From NCBI RefSeq assembly GCF_032191835.1, contig NC_083224.1, positions 96,348,001 through 96,412,000 on the forward strand: 64,000 nt of DNA, given 5' to 3'. The stretch comes from Heteronotia binoei (taxonomy: Eukaryota). Both the position numbers and the translations under genes were made by a program. The notes under the pieces are model-generated. The model did not search any database. It was not told the origin of the DNA and was given only the letters and a program-made list of their open reading frames with translations. Position 1 is the first letter of the stretch; each line of letters opens with the position of its first letter. Below, in pieces: positions 46,067 to 58,264 of the stretch.

Positions 46067-46157
46067 TAGGGGTGGGCATGAACCTCTGCACAACCCTAAA
46101 TTCATCACAAAAATCACAGTATCATGGTTTGGGAACTGAGGTTCGCACCCATCCCTA
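46067..46157. mobile_element. 91-bp MITE, TAGGGATGGGCA TIR family
   Basis: TAGGGGTGGGCATGAACC ... GGTTCGCACCCATCCCTA. Confidence 0.6.
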
Positions 46158-46811
46158 TCTACAATACTCCCACAATCTTCCATGTTTGTTTGGGTTTTTT
46201 AAGGTTTGTGAGGCTTGTGGTGGGAAGCCGGGGATGAGAGTGGGGTGAGAGGGATTGCTGAGAGATTCCATCTATTTCTGCCTAATAACAAGGCTTGTGC
46301 ACCTCTCAGCTGTTAGGCTACAATAGAAGCAAGCCGTTTCAGCAAACCCTTTTTCTCCCCCCTTCCAAAAGATCACTGAAATGAATTACGGACTCTGCTG
46401 GGCAGTCCAGTTTGAGCCAGGCTGCCCAGCAGAGTCCAGCCAACCCTGCAGGGAGAGTTCTCACCACAGAATCAGCCCCTTTGCGGGGTCTGTTGGGTGG
46501 TCTAGTTTGAACCAGGCTGCCCAGCAGAGCTTTCTTAATTGAAAGAGTCCAACATTAATGCATTTAAACTAGGAAGCTGATTAATCTTTTTTTTTCAGTC
46601 TTGCAGCAGAGTTCTGTGATGTTTTAATATTGATCTCATCCTCCAACAAATGGTAGACCAGTAAAAGATTCTACTTGACCCACCTTGTCAGTTTCGTGCC
46701 TGTATCCAGGGCCAGTGATCAGCTATTAAAAACACCCCAAATTCACTATCTTGCCTAGGCCAGCCAGGGCATGGGGCAGTGAGGCTTAAGCCAATTAAGA
46801 GAACCCTCTTG

Positions 46812-46930
46812 TTAATAATAATAATAATAAATTATTTATATCCCGCCCTCCCCCCTGAAGCTGGCTCAGGGCGGCTAACAACATTTTCATAAAAGTATAC
46901 AGAGTTTAAAATCGCATTAGCTTTAAAACA
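46812..46930 (-). mobile_element. L2-type 3' tail
   Basis: (AAT)n TTTATATCCCGCCCTCCCCC...GGCTCAGGGCGGCT. Confidence 0.65.
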
Positions 46931-47829
46931 TTCCAGTTAACCAAGTACTTTTTTTTTTAAGAAAGAAGGGGCTGTGTGTCAGAGCTTTCAAGGAGGGATG
47001 TCAGTGCAACAGGAAGAAACATGCCACGGGTCACAGCAACTTTGAACAGAGGGGCCTGTTAGATCTTAACAATAGTTGAAAAAACCTGATCTACTCAGAT
47101 CAGACAGTATTACTGCCCATTCTCAGCTCAGCCACTTCAGTGCTTCTGAAAAAAGAAAATTCCATAGGTTTCCAAAAGGCATAACTGAATTAGTTCTTCA
47201 GGAAAACAGGAATTCTAAAAGTGACAAGGGTTCAGAACAGATGAACAAGCTCTTAGCATAGAGGATGAGATACAAAAGACTTCAGTAGTCCCTAAAAGTA
47301 GTCTACATAAGTTTTAGTGCTTGCCTTATCACTGTAATCCTCACGACAAACCTGTAATAAATTATTATACACATACTCTTTCAGTCATCTCAAGGCAGGT
47401 ACAATAGGAATTTATAGGAAAAACAGGTTTCTTACCTGTAACTGATGATCTTCGAGTGTGCAGTCACACACATGGGTTAGCCAGGATCGATCCCTACCTC
47501 AGAGAATTCAAAACAATCTTACAGCATTAATTTTGGCGCATACTTCCTCTCGTCCCGGGGAGGAGGCATCCACTGCACATGCCTAGACAAGAGGGAGGCA
47601 CTTCACCCACCCAGTTTCTTCCCGCCGCCGTATAAGAGGAAAATTTTTGAATTAGGAACAAGGAACCAGCAGCGGGGAAGGTTGGGCGGGCGTGTGTGCC
47701 TGCACAGATGACCACTCGAAAATCATCAGTTACAGGTAAGAAACCTGTTTATCTTCGTGGTCTCTGTGCAGTCCCACACATGGGTGACTGGCAAGCTAAT
47801 CTGTCTGGAGGTGGGTGCTGGATCTGTAA

Positions 47830-48900
47830 CCAAAGGACAAGGTTAGGTATGCATATAAGAAACAATAGTGTACTTACAGTGTAGACGACTGGAGATATCA
47901 GTCGAAAATGGATCGTAGTACAGCCTGCCTGAAGGATGCGTCACGCTGAGCATGGACGTTTAGAGCATAGTGAGAGGCAAATGTAGATGGAGATGACCAG
48001 ACCGCAGCGGTACAGATGTCTTCCATCGGAACGCCCTTACAGAAGGCTGATGAAGTGGCAACGGCTCTAGTAGAATGAGCTCATAAATGTTCAGGTATAG
48101 GCTGTTTAGCCAGTCGATAGCATAATGTAATAGCAGCCACAATCCATTTTGAAAATCTCTGCGTTGAGATTTTAGTGCCTTGGTTGTGGGTTGCATATGC
48201 TACAAAGAGTCTAGTGTCTTTTCGAAATGGACGTGTCCTCTCAATGTAAAAGGCAAGGGCCCTACGTACGTCCAGGCTGTGTAAAGTCCGCTGACCTGCG
48301 TTGGCAGGACGTTGGAAAAAGGCAGGTAAAGTAGACGACTTTCCTAGATGAAACGGTGAAACTACCTTGGGTAGAAAAGAAGGGTCAGGCCATAAAATAA
48401 TTCTGTCATGATGGAAAATAGTGTATGGCAGGTCTGTTCTGAAAGCGCAGATGTTGCTGGCTCTTCTTCCAGAGGTAAGCACTACCAGTAAAGCTGTCTT
48501 CCACGACAGGAGATGCATAGGAATGGATGCCATGGGCTCAAAAGGTGGCTTCATTAGTTGGCTCAGCACAAGCTCCAGGTGGGGTGAAGCTGGCGGATTG
48601 GAGGATGAAGGTGGAGGATCCCTTTCAGAAAGGCTTTAGTAGCATAGTGGGAGAAAACAGTGCACCCTTCGATATGTGGATGGAATGCAGAGATGGACGC
48701 TAAGTGGACCTTCAGAGAAGAGTACGGCAGTCCTGAGTTAGAGAGGAATAAGGTGTAGGTCAGGATCTGAGCTATAGTGAAGAGCTCAGGCTTGAAATTA
48801 TGTAGAACAGCATACGCCAAAAAACGTTTCCATTTCAAAGAATAAGATTTTTTGGTGGCAGGTTTTTTGGCGTTGAGTAAGACATGACGAATGTCCGAAG
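47830..48900 (-). pseudogene. Frameshifted DIRS tyrosine recombinase
   Basis: Pieces 48563-48838 and 48081-48569 (LSWKTALL...TSGRRAS...LHSLDVRRAL); outer limits approximate. Confidence 0.85.
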
Positions 48901-48983
48901 GAAAATGCAGAAACTGATTTTCCAGGCAGTCAGTCGTAGAAATCCCGGATTGTGGTGCAAAACTTTGCCTTCTTGTTGGGAAA

Positions 48984-49880
48984 TCAAGTCCTGAACTTGA
49001 GGAAGTCGAACATGCTGTCCAAGAGGAGGAGAGTGGTGAACCAGGGTAGATGGGGCCACCACGGTGTAATCAAGATGCAATTGGTCCGATCTAGCTTTAT
49101 CTTTTGCAATACTCTCGTGATGAGAGGAATTGGTGGAAATAGATATTGTAGTGTCCTGGACCATTGATGGAGGAAGGCGTCCCCCGGCGATAGTGGGAAT
49201 GGAGGACCCCGAGTGTAAAAGTGTGGACACTGGGCGTTGTCTGGAGATGCAAATACATCTATTTTTGGAAATCCGAAGGTCTCGAACACTGTGTGCAGAT
49301 AACGACGGTTGAGGACCCATTCATGGTTGTTGACTAGATGACGTCTCAATGTGTCTGCTTGGACGTTTTGGACTTCTGGCAGATGCACTGCTGTCAGGAA
49401 AATGCCATGAACGACACTCCAGTGCCATAAGGATAGGGCTCGTTTGCACAAGCGAACAGAGGCTGTGCCTCTCTGCCAATTGATGTAGAAAACAGTGGCT
49501 ACATTGTTGGAGGTGACCTGAATGTGGCAATTGTGAAGAGACGGTAGAAAGGATCTCAGAGCTCTGTGGACCGCCAGGAGCTCTAGGCAATTGATGTGAA
49601 GGGATCTCTCGTAATCGGTCCACTGTCCCTGAACTGTCAATGTTCCCAAGTGGGCTCCCCATCCCCACTTGGAGGCATCGGTCGTGACTATCACAGAGGG
49701 CGGTGTTTATACGAATGGCATTCCTGCCAGGAGATGATGATCCACCGTCCACCATTTTAGAGATGGGATAATGTGAGATGGGACCGTAAGTAAAGTCATT
49801 TGATGTTGCCAGTGTGGATGAAATGTTCCGACAAACCACAGTTGAAGAGGGTGCATATAAAGTCTTGCAAAACAGAGGAT
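48984..49880 (-). pseudogene. DIRS pol remnant: end of RT, RNase H and MT-like domain
   Basis: LCFARLYMHPLQLW; TTDASKWGWG, INCLELLAV, IDVFAS...YLFPP. Confidence 0.85.
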
Positions 49881-49937
49881 GGCGGTTTGGTGTAGTGGTT
49901 AAGTGTGTGGACTCTTATCTGGGAGAACCAGGGATTT
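49881..49937 (+). mobile_element. 5' head of a Squam3-like SINE at the DIRS deletion breakpoint
   Basis: GTTTGGTGTAGTGGTTAAGTGTGTGGACTCTTATCTGGGAGAACC matches the other SINE heads. Confidence 0.85.
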
Positions 49938-50003
49938 TGAAGCGCACCGAACACACTTCTTAAAAGTGATTTTGTCTGTCTTCCATCTGTCTTTCCTTTC
50001 CAT
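49938..50003 (-). pseudogene. N-terminal stub of DIRS gag
   Basis: MERKDRWKTDKITFKKCVRCASK aligns with MDSRWGFFKRCQACGQK of the intact copy. Confidence 0.7.
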
Positions 50004-52407
50004 CTTACCCCCAAGAGGGGGGTAAGGGAGGGGATGAAGGTAGAAAGAGGGTAGAAAGTTTTGGGTTTTTTTACAATACCGGTGAAGTTGGAGAAGAAGA
50101 CGAAGACAAACGATGAGGAGAAAAATGCAGGAAAACAGGTGAAGATCGCAGTGAATAGAGGAGACTCAGCGAGGTAGGTGTATCCTGGGCGGCGGTAAAG
50201 AAGAAACTGGGTGGGTGAAGTGCCTCCCTCTCGTCTAGGCATGCGCAGTGGATGCCTCCTCCCCAGGACGAGAGGAAGTGCGCACCAAAATTAATGCTTT
50301 AAGATTGCTTTGAATTCTCCGAGGTCGGGATCGATCCTGGCGGATAACCCATGTGTGGGACTGCACAGAGACCACGATGAAGATCAGTAAATTCTTACCT
50401 GGCCCTTAAAACTTCCAATAAAGAGATGAATTAATATTTATCAATTACACAAAGAGATACGAACATACATACAGCTGAAACTCCAAAGAATCAATTCCAG
50501 TCCAGGGTTAGGCAGGATGGCTATTTTTCAACAAGAACCCTTTATCTCCTATTGGTAACTGGCGCCAAACAGCCAAAAGAGAACTTATGTGCATTTGTCA
50601 CAATGGTTATTATATGTTACTTAGTCCATTACTAAGTCAGCAATAACTGCCCATCAGACTGTTGACTTTGCACAGGAGAATGTGCTTTAAAAGGACACTG
50701 TACACCTCACATGCATTCGTTCACCCTGGGCAGTAAAAGCACCCCCTCTACATACACATACCCCAAAGAAAGAAAACCTCTAAAAACCTCATTTCTGCCA
50801 TTGCCAGCCCTTTTTACTAGTGAAAAGGGGGAGGGAATGTAGCAAGTTAAAGAGAATTGTCTTGCTACTCAAAGCCTTTAACAACTATTTTTAATATCTG
50901 ACTGAGGAGCAAGATTTTGAAATGTAACAGCCAGCTCCTCTTTGATGCAGGAACTACAGATCTTGAAACAAGGTCCATTCCCTCCTCCTTCACTAACTAA
51001 CAGCCATATTTCTCTCATTAAAAGACAATCTGACTGTATTTTCAGACTTCTTAACAAGGCGATGATCGTAATTTGCAGTTTCTATTATCCATGCTCCTAT
51101 TTCGGTTGGGTTGGGAAAAAGCCTGCTCTTTTGGGGTGGAGGGAACAGTCATCTCAGGTTTCTTTCTTCCTCTCCTCTCAAACTGCTGGAAGTGGCAATG
51201 ACTTATGAATACTGATTAAACAAGGCCTTGGGGGGTTGTTTTTTTCAGACAGGAAAAATTAAAACTAAATAAAAATGAATTTATCATGCATCAGGATTTT
51301 ATGGCCATGTGGAAACATACATTAATCTGGCACACCCTCTTTGCCATCATGCCCATTCTTGCAATTTTGCTACCTTCACAAATGCATACAACCAAAGCTC
51401 CAACCACTACTACTCTGGATCCTCCTCTGCTTGCCCAGCACCATCATTCCTCTGAGCCTGCTCTGCCAGATAGATGCAATTTGCATAATATCACCAGCAG
51501 AGGCTGCAGGATCAACAGGGGTCAGGCTCTGACATCTACAGCACAGTCTATCTCCCTGTGCTAATTTGGACTGCATTGATCTCTCTTTCTGATTTCTTTG
51601 TCATTTACGTCTGCAGCAGTTTGACAGGAGATACAGAGACAGATGGGGGGGGGGGGGAGAAGGAAAGGAGAGAGACAAGGAAAGAAACAAAGATTGTAGT
51701 TACAGATGTCTTTAAGAGAAGAAAAGATTAAGCCAAGGACTCCGCTGAGGGCCATAGCTCAGAGACATCCTAATTACTTTGTTCTTAGGGATTCTTGCAC
51801 AGACTTAGAGGGGGGTCTCATCATGGAACTCACAGGAAAGGAAACTTGTTAAATTGCAATGGAGTGTCTCCATTTGGCTCCTATTCCCCCCTATCATCCA
51901 CCTACCCCCATACCACATTTCACAGTGGTTTCTCATTAGGTGAATGGTGAACAGCCAGGAGTCACTCAGTGTCAGCCAGCAGCCTCCATACCTCTTCATA
52001 GAGCCTTATTAAAGACAAAAATAACACTGCTCCATAATGTGCTCACTCCATAAGGTGCCCACTCAATGATGGCAACATACAGTTTTAATGAAATGCTTCC
52101 ATAGTTTGGATTGTAATAGAAAACTCCAACCTGACTCTTCATAGACTCCATCAGCAGCCAATCACCATACAGATAAAGCAAGGCCTCTTCCACCAGCTCT
52201 TCTGCCAGTTTGTACTTTATATTTATTTTGTTAATCACACTGAACATTTCTTTTGAAAAATAAAGTAGGACTATAAACAGTAGGAGATCTCCTGGACATA
52301 AACAGATCTGCAGACTACAAAGATCAGTTCCCTTGGAGAAAATGGCTGCTTTGGAGGGTGGACTCTGTGGCATTACAGCCCACTGAGTTCCCTCCCTTCC
52401 CTAAACC

Positions 52408-52692
52408 CGACCTTGCATAGACTTTGGTGTAGTGGTGAAGTGCACAGACTCTTATCTGGGAGAACAGGGTTTGATTCCTCACTCCTCCACCTGCAGCTGC
52501 TGGAATGGCCTTGGGTCAGTCATAGTTCTCGCAGAGGTGTCCTTGAAAGGGCAGCTGCTGTGAGAGCTCTCTCAGCTCCACCCACCTCACAGGGTGTCTG
52601 TTGTGGGGGAGGAAGATAAAGGAGACTGTGGGCCGCTCTGAGACTCTGAGATTCGGAGTGGAGGGCAGGATATAAATCCAGTATCTTCTTCT
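52408..52692 (+). mobile_element. Squam3-like SINE, inserted in an older MITE-like repeat
   Basis: Full head, body and TCTTCTTCTT tail. Confidence 0.85.
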
Positions 52693-55101
52693 TTTGTACT
52701 CCCAAATCTCCAGGAATTTCCCAACCCAGCACTGACAACCCTGTAAGAAGGTATTGCCTCACTTTGTGTTAGGCATCTGAAGAACTCAAGTCTGACTTGT
52801 CCCTTCTGCCAGCCTCCAAAGCACTACATAAGCTAAGAGAGCAACCACTTTATTTCCCAAGTATTGTGGCAAGTATTCCCCTACCTTGCACTATACTTTG
52901 AGTGCATATCAGCTCAGCATAGACAAAAGACTACCCCACCCCTCTTCCTAATCCTCTTACACAAGCCAACAGGTGCAGAATTGACCCCCTGAACATGTAT
53001 TTAATCTAAAATCCTACTGCTGTTCTAGAATTTGTGTAATGAGTGTAAAACACAGTGGTTTGAAGCCACGTATGTACTGAAAGAGCATGATGACACCAAT
53101 AGGGATAGGTGGTATATACTGCACATTTGACGGAGGAAGCCTGGCTGAGAAATTTATTTATTTATTTGATTTATATCCTGCCTTCCCCACCGAGGCAGGC
53201 TCAGAAGAAATCACAGTCTACCCTTAAAATGCATTTTATATGAACATGAAGAAGTAACATGGCAAATAGTTAAGACTACCTGCTCTCAAAACAGCTATGA
53301 TGAATGATGCAGAACTCAGTTTTTATACTAGAAATGCAAATGCCAAGACTAAAACTGATGATCTCCAATCTCAAATAATACATTAACCTAACATTTAAAA
53401 GAAGCATTCAGCTGAAACTCCAGCCTCCTAGCCTCACATAATTACTATATATTCACATTCATGAAAACTCAAAATCTTCCAGCTTGTCTAAATACCTGTA
53501 TCTAGTACCATATACATTTTAAAAACCAGTCATTTCAGAGTACCTATATATTTATAGCTTTGTAGAAAGGAATTGCGTTAGGGCCAGCATGTAGCAGCTC
53601 AACAAGAAAGTATGCATTTTGGATGATATCACCAGAATTCAACCAAGATGGCTGTTGTAATCAGTATGGTACATGCACAGTCTCCGCAAAAACTGCTGGG
53701 CCTCCCCATCCTATTGCTCTGCATGGAAAATATGTGTCAGTGAATAGCAGACACACAAAAAAGAAAAGAAAAGCAGTCAACACAAACACCAAAATCATGC
53801 TACTGCCTCTCTCCCCCACCTCTTCTTCTTTGTTAACTACAGGAAACATTTGAACAGCCTTGAGTTCCCCACTGTAACATGCACAGGAATAGAGAGGCAA
53901 TGATAAGAACATACCCCCTGCTGCTGCCAGGAAAAAGAAAGCACTCAATCTTTGCTAAAAAGGCAAGAGTGTTCTGTCACTTTTGCGCACAGTAATGCAC
54001 TGTGCCACCGAGTCCCATCAGAGGGATTTTGAAAACTTAAATGACTGAAAGCACAAGAACACCAGCTCAAGGTTCCCAGCCGGCCTAGACATCCTAATTA
54101 GCTTTACACACACTCCTACTCAGGGGGGAGAGAGCACATGCACAAAAAGGACTGTCACATTGCTTTTTTCTCTTTCTAAAAGCGTGTCTGTGCTCACTGG
54201 CTTTCCCACTGTGACACCTCTCACGGTAGTTAATTAGAATCATGTCACCACGTTAATGTGCTCTGACTGGACGCTGACAGATGCTCGACCTGTATTCTGC
54301 TACAATCCCCCTCCCTCAGCCAACACTAACTATGTAAAGCATCTTAGTGCTTCCAAAAACCTTTCCTCATGTCCCAGGCAGAACGGGCCTCTTCTCATCC
54401 ACCCGCCTAGCAGCCCACATTCCCCCTTGCCAGAAACAGCTGCCATATTGCCTCACTCACTGAGCATCCGCTCCACCTGTTCTGAGCTGCCTGACCTTTA
54501 GCAGCACTAATTCAAAATGACATTGCTCATTTGATGACATTTCTGTTGATTTTTATTTTAGTCTCCTTTAATTATTTTAACTCTGAAGTCTTTGGCCCTT
54601 TCCCTTAGGCTGGAAAGGAGTTGCCTTCTACCATAAAATAGTCTGGGCCACACCCAAGCTTGTCTTGTCTCTTGCCAGGGGCACAGGAGTTGTAAAGCTG
54701 GATCCCAGTTCTTCATTGCAGAGAAAGATAAGATGTAGCTTGGTAGGAGAGTCCTTGTGGGCCTTGGCCTCCACCCAAAATAATGCAGTGATGACTGATA
54801 GGCTAGGGAAGAGGGGAAAGGGTCTGAGAGTACCTAGTGTGATATTGCTTCGAGCACATGGACAGCCCCAGAGAGACCAAGAGCCTTATTGCCTTTCACC
54901 AGAACAACTGTGTGGGCAGCACTTGCATCCACAGGATTTTGAGCACATATGACATATACAGCAAGTAACTATAAGGAAGCTAACAGTAATCTGCAGTAGG
55001 GAGGAAAACAGAAGGGCTGCAGAAGCAGCAATAGTGGCATCAGTGATAAAAGAGAAAAGGGCTTGGAAGCTGATATGAAGGGCTCAGGGAAGCATCTAGG
55101 C

Positions 55102-55237
55102 CAGGGGTGGCCAATGGTAGCTCTCCAGATTTTTTTTGCCTACAACTCCCATCACCCCCAGCCAGCATGGCCAATGGCTGGGGCTGATGGAAGTTGTAGG
55201 CAAAAAACATCTGGAGAGCTACTGTTGGCCACCCCTG
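55102..55237. mobile_element. hAT (Charlie-like) palindromic MITE with 8-bp TSD
   Basis: Same family as 16591-16706; TSD ATCTAGGC at 55094-55101 and 55238-55245. Confidence 0.9.
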
Positions 55238-56529
55238 ATCTAGGCAATCCTCTCCCACCACCTCACATTCTCAACCATTCTAAATTACCCTTGAGCTATA
55301 GAAGGCTTCTGTTCTAAAGGAAACCAGTGACTATGTGGGGTCTAAAGGGTTTTATTACACAAAACAACACAACAATCACACTGCAAGGATCTGCTCAGAC
55401 TTCTTAGTAGTTCCAGATTAATTAATTAATTACAAGTAGGACAAGCCCTTCTCTGCACGGCTGTGCTCTACACTTCAACAGGCCCCTTATTAGCAGTTAA
55501 CCAAACTCTGCATTTATATACAGTCCTACTGCCAAGAAGGGAGATGAGGGGGGGATTTCCATGCGTATCAAGTTATCTGAATTCCCAGCTTTCATTTTTA
55601 GAAAGGAAGTCTCTATCCATTGCAGAGATATGCCTTTCTCATATCTTGGCAACAGAAGCCACTAGAGACTAACTTTAAAAAAAATAAATAAAGCTACAAA
55701 TTGTGAAACCTAGTTCACATATTTATTACATTGATATACTGATATTCCAGTGCCAGTTTACAAAATTTAAAGCCTCCTATGGCAGGGGGAAGAAATGGCC
55801 ACTCTGGGAACCATTGCAGAGAAAGTGGCTGTTGAGTGGGTAAATTTTCCCACCCACACAGAAGCCACCCAGGTTTTACTGTGCTCTTTCCCAAAACATC
55901 TGAGCAAAGCAGGTTTGGGAAAGATCAGAGAAAAGCCAGCAAAACTCAAGGAAGTGCACAAATGTGCCACAATTCTGTGGGGAAACAGGAAAATCCCATT
56001 TCCCAAAAGGATTGCAGACAACCTATGAAGAAGTTATAAGAGACTGGATACTTTACTGCAGTGAGACTGAGGCAAAATACTTACCTATCCTGAGATAACC
56101 AAGCTAAATTGGAGTAAGGCAAGATTCCCCACCCCACATCCCTTTTCAAGTTTTGATCTCATTCTTTCTCATCTTTACCCTGGCTGGGAAGTTAAAACAT
56201 ACTTAATAGTAGAACAAGCTATCCTCAGCTTGTAGTAGAACCAAGCTATCCTCAGCTTATGTTATGAACATAAAAATGAACAGCAGACCTCGTTAATACT
56301 ATGAACTGTCAAGTTAGCATTTTATCTGTCAAAGTAGTGAAAGGGTGATTTTCCCCTTCCTTAATCTTCTACATGTATGGTGATCTATAGTAATCTGTAC
56401 TAGTGGCTATAAATGTAAGTAGTGAAAGTCTCTTTTTTTTACATTAAACAACACGAATAAACAATACTGTTGCTTAAATATGTGACTATAATTTGTGTTT
56501 GTAGTTTTTAATAAATTTTTGGTTCCACC

Positions 56530-57810
56530 TGGTGGAACACCTCTGCTTTACAGGCCCTGCAGAACTGCACTAAATCCTGCAGGGCACAAACATTGTTTGA
56601 CAGAGAGTATCACCAGGATGAAGCCAGGATAAAAAAAAGCCCTGGGGTTCTGGTTGAGGACTGTTGGCTGTCTCTAAGGAATTACCATATCTGCAGAGCA
56701 TAGTGCTCTTCAGGGGGCATACCAGGAGAAGCAGCCCTGAAGATACATGGGTCCCAGACCATTTAGGGCCTTAAAGGTTAATACCAAAACTTGAACTTAA
56801 TCTGGTATTCCAACTGGAGCCCAGCACAAGTTGAATATGTGCTGTTTGCGGAGTCCCCATCAGGACACATGCCACTGCATTCTGGATGAGCTGGAGTCTC
56901 CAGGTCAGTCTCAAGGGCAAGCCATGCATAGAGCAAGTTACAGTATTCTAGTCTAGTCTAGAGTAATCTAGTCTGTATAGAGCTAGTTACAGTAGTCTAG
57001 GCATCACAAAGCATATCTTTCTCTGCATGCATGTTGATAAGAACAGCAACTCTGACCCTTGCCGTGGTTTCTCACTATGGTACAACTCCTGAGGGCTTCC
57101 CATCCCCAGCTCTTCTGGTCTGCATACGGATCATCTGTGGCTAGGTTGGGGCAAGATAGGTAAGGAGCCAGTAGTCTGACTTGGCATAGCTGGAAAACAC
57201 CAATCTGGCAAAAATTGTGATCTGGGCTTCCATTGATAGGGAGGCATCCAAGACCACACCTAGGCTCGGTGTTGGTATTAGGGGGTGTTGATATTAGGGG
57301 GACATTGTCAAGAGCTGGGAATTGGCACCCCAAACTTGAAAAACACCCACCCAACCATAGAACCTCCATCTTAGCAGGTTCAGTCTCAGCTGGCTCCGTT
57401 TCAATCTTCCCCACCATGGCCTCCATCGCCTCAGCCAAATTTACTGGGGTAGTATCCGGCTGGTTGCCCATCAACAGATACAGCTGGGTGTCATCAGCAT
57501 ACTGGTGGTGGCACCCCAGCCTGAAACTCCACACCAGTTGGGTGAAGGTATTTATATAGATGTTAAACAACACTGGAGAGAGGACTGCCCACTGAGAAAC
57601 CCAACATACTAAGGGGTGCTTAGTTGACACCTTCTCTCCTAGAACTACCCTCTGTCCTCAACCTTGGAGAAATAAGACAAGGCACTTCAAGACTACCCCA
57701 CAAATTCCTATGTCGGTGAGGCGGTGGGTCAAAAGATCATGGTCAACTGTGTCCAACACTGCTGTAAGATCAAGCAATCACAGCATCACTGACCAGCCTC
57801 GATTCAGCTG
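56530..57810 (-). mobile_element. Degraded L2 LINE RT/3' region
   Basis: ORF 57004-57630: LSPVLFNIY...HQYADDTQLY; LLDLTAVLDTV near 57770. Confidence 0.85.
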
Positions 57811-57814
57811 GGAA

Positions 57815-58085
57815 TCAGTTTGGTGTAGTGGTTAAGCGCATTGACTAATCTGGAAGAACTGGGTTTGATTTCCAATTCCTCTACCTGCACCTGCTGAGTG
57901 ATCCTGGGTCAGTCACAGTTCTTGAAAGAGCTGCTTTCTCAAAAGCAGTTCTCTGAGAGCTCTCTCAGCCCCACCTACCTCACAGGGTGTCTGTTGTGGG
58001 GAGGGGAAGGAAAGGGAAAGGAGATTGTATGCTATTCTGGGACACCAAGTGAAGGGAAGGGTATAAATCCAATCTCTTCTTCTAC
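57815..58085 (+). mobile_element. Squam3-like SINE
   Basis: Head GTTTGGTGTAGTGGTTAAG, internal GAAAGAGCTGC hairpin. Confidence 0.85.
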
Positions 58086-58264
58086 CTTCTCTGTGGAGAT
58101 TGTCTGTGAGAGTGACCAATGGCCAGGGCAGAAGCTGGACTGGAATGGGTCAAGTGCTGATTTGTCTTCCAGGAAGTTCTGGAGTTGTTCTGTCACTGGT
58201 CACTCAACTACTTTACCCAGAAATGAAAGTTCTGAGACTAGGCAGTAATTGAAATGATCCAAAG

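Larger units (their letters stand above)
47421..50384 (-). mobile_element. Second DIRS1-type element (different subfamily), internally deleted and degraded
   Basis: ITRs ~47457-47629 / ~50188-50368 (~90% identical); ICR 47692-47784 with CTG-TTT-ATC junction; YR, MT and RH remnants. Confidence 0.93.

Noticed and set aside
51763-54100. Exact 14-mer AGACATCCTAATTA at 51763 and 54087
   Set aside because: Several exact 14-mer matches are expected by chance in 64 kb and the similarity does not extend
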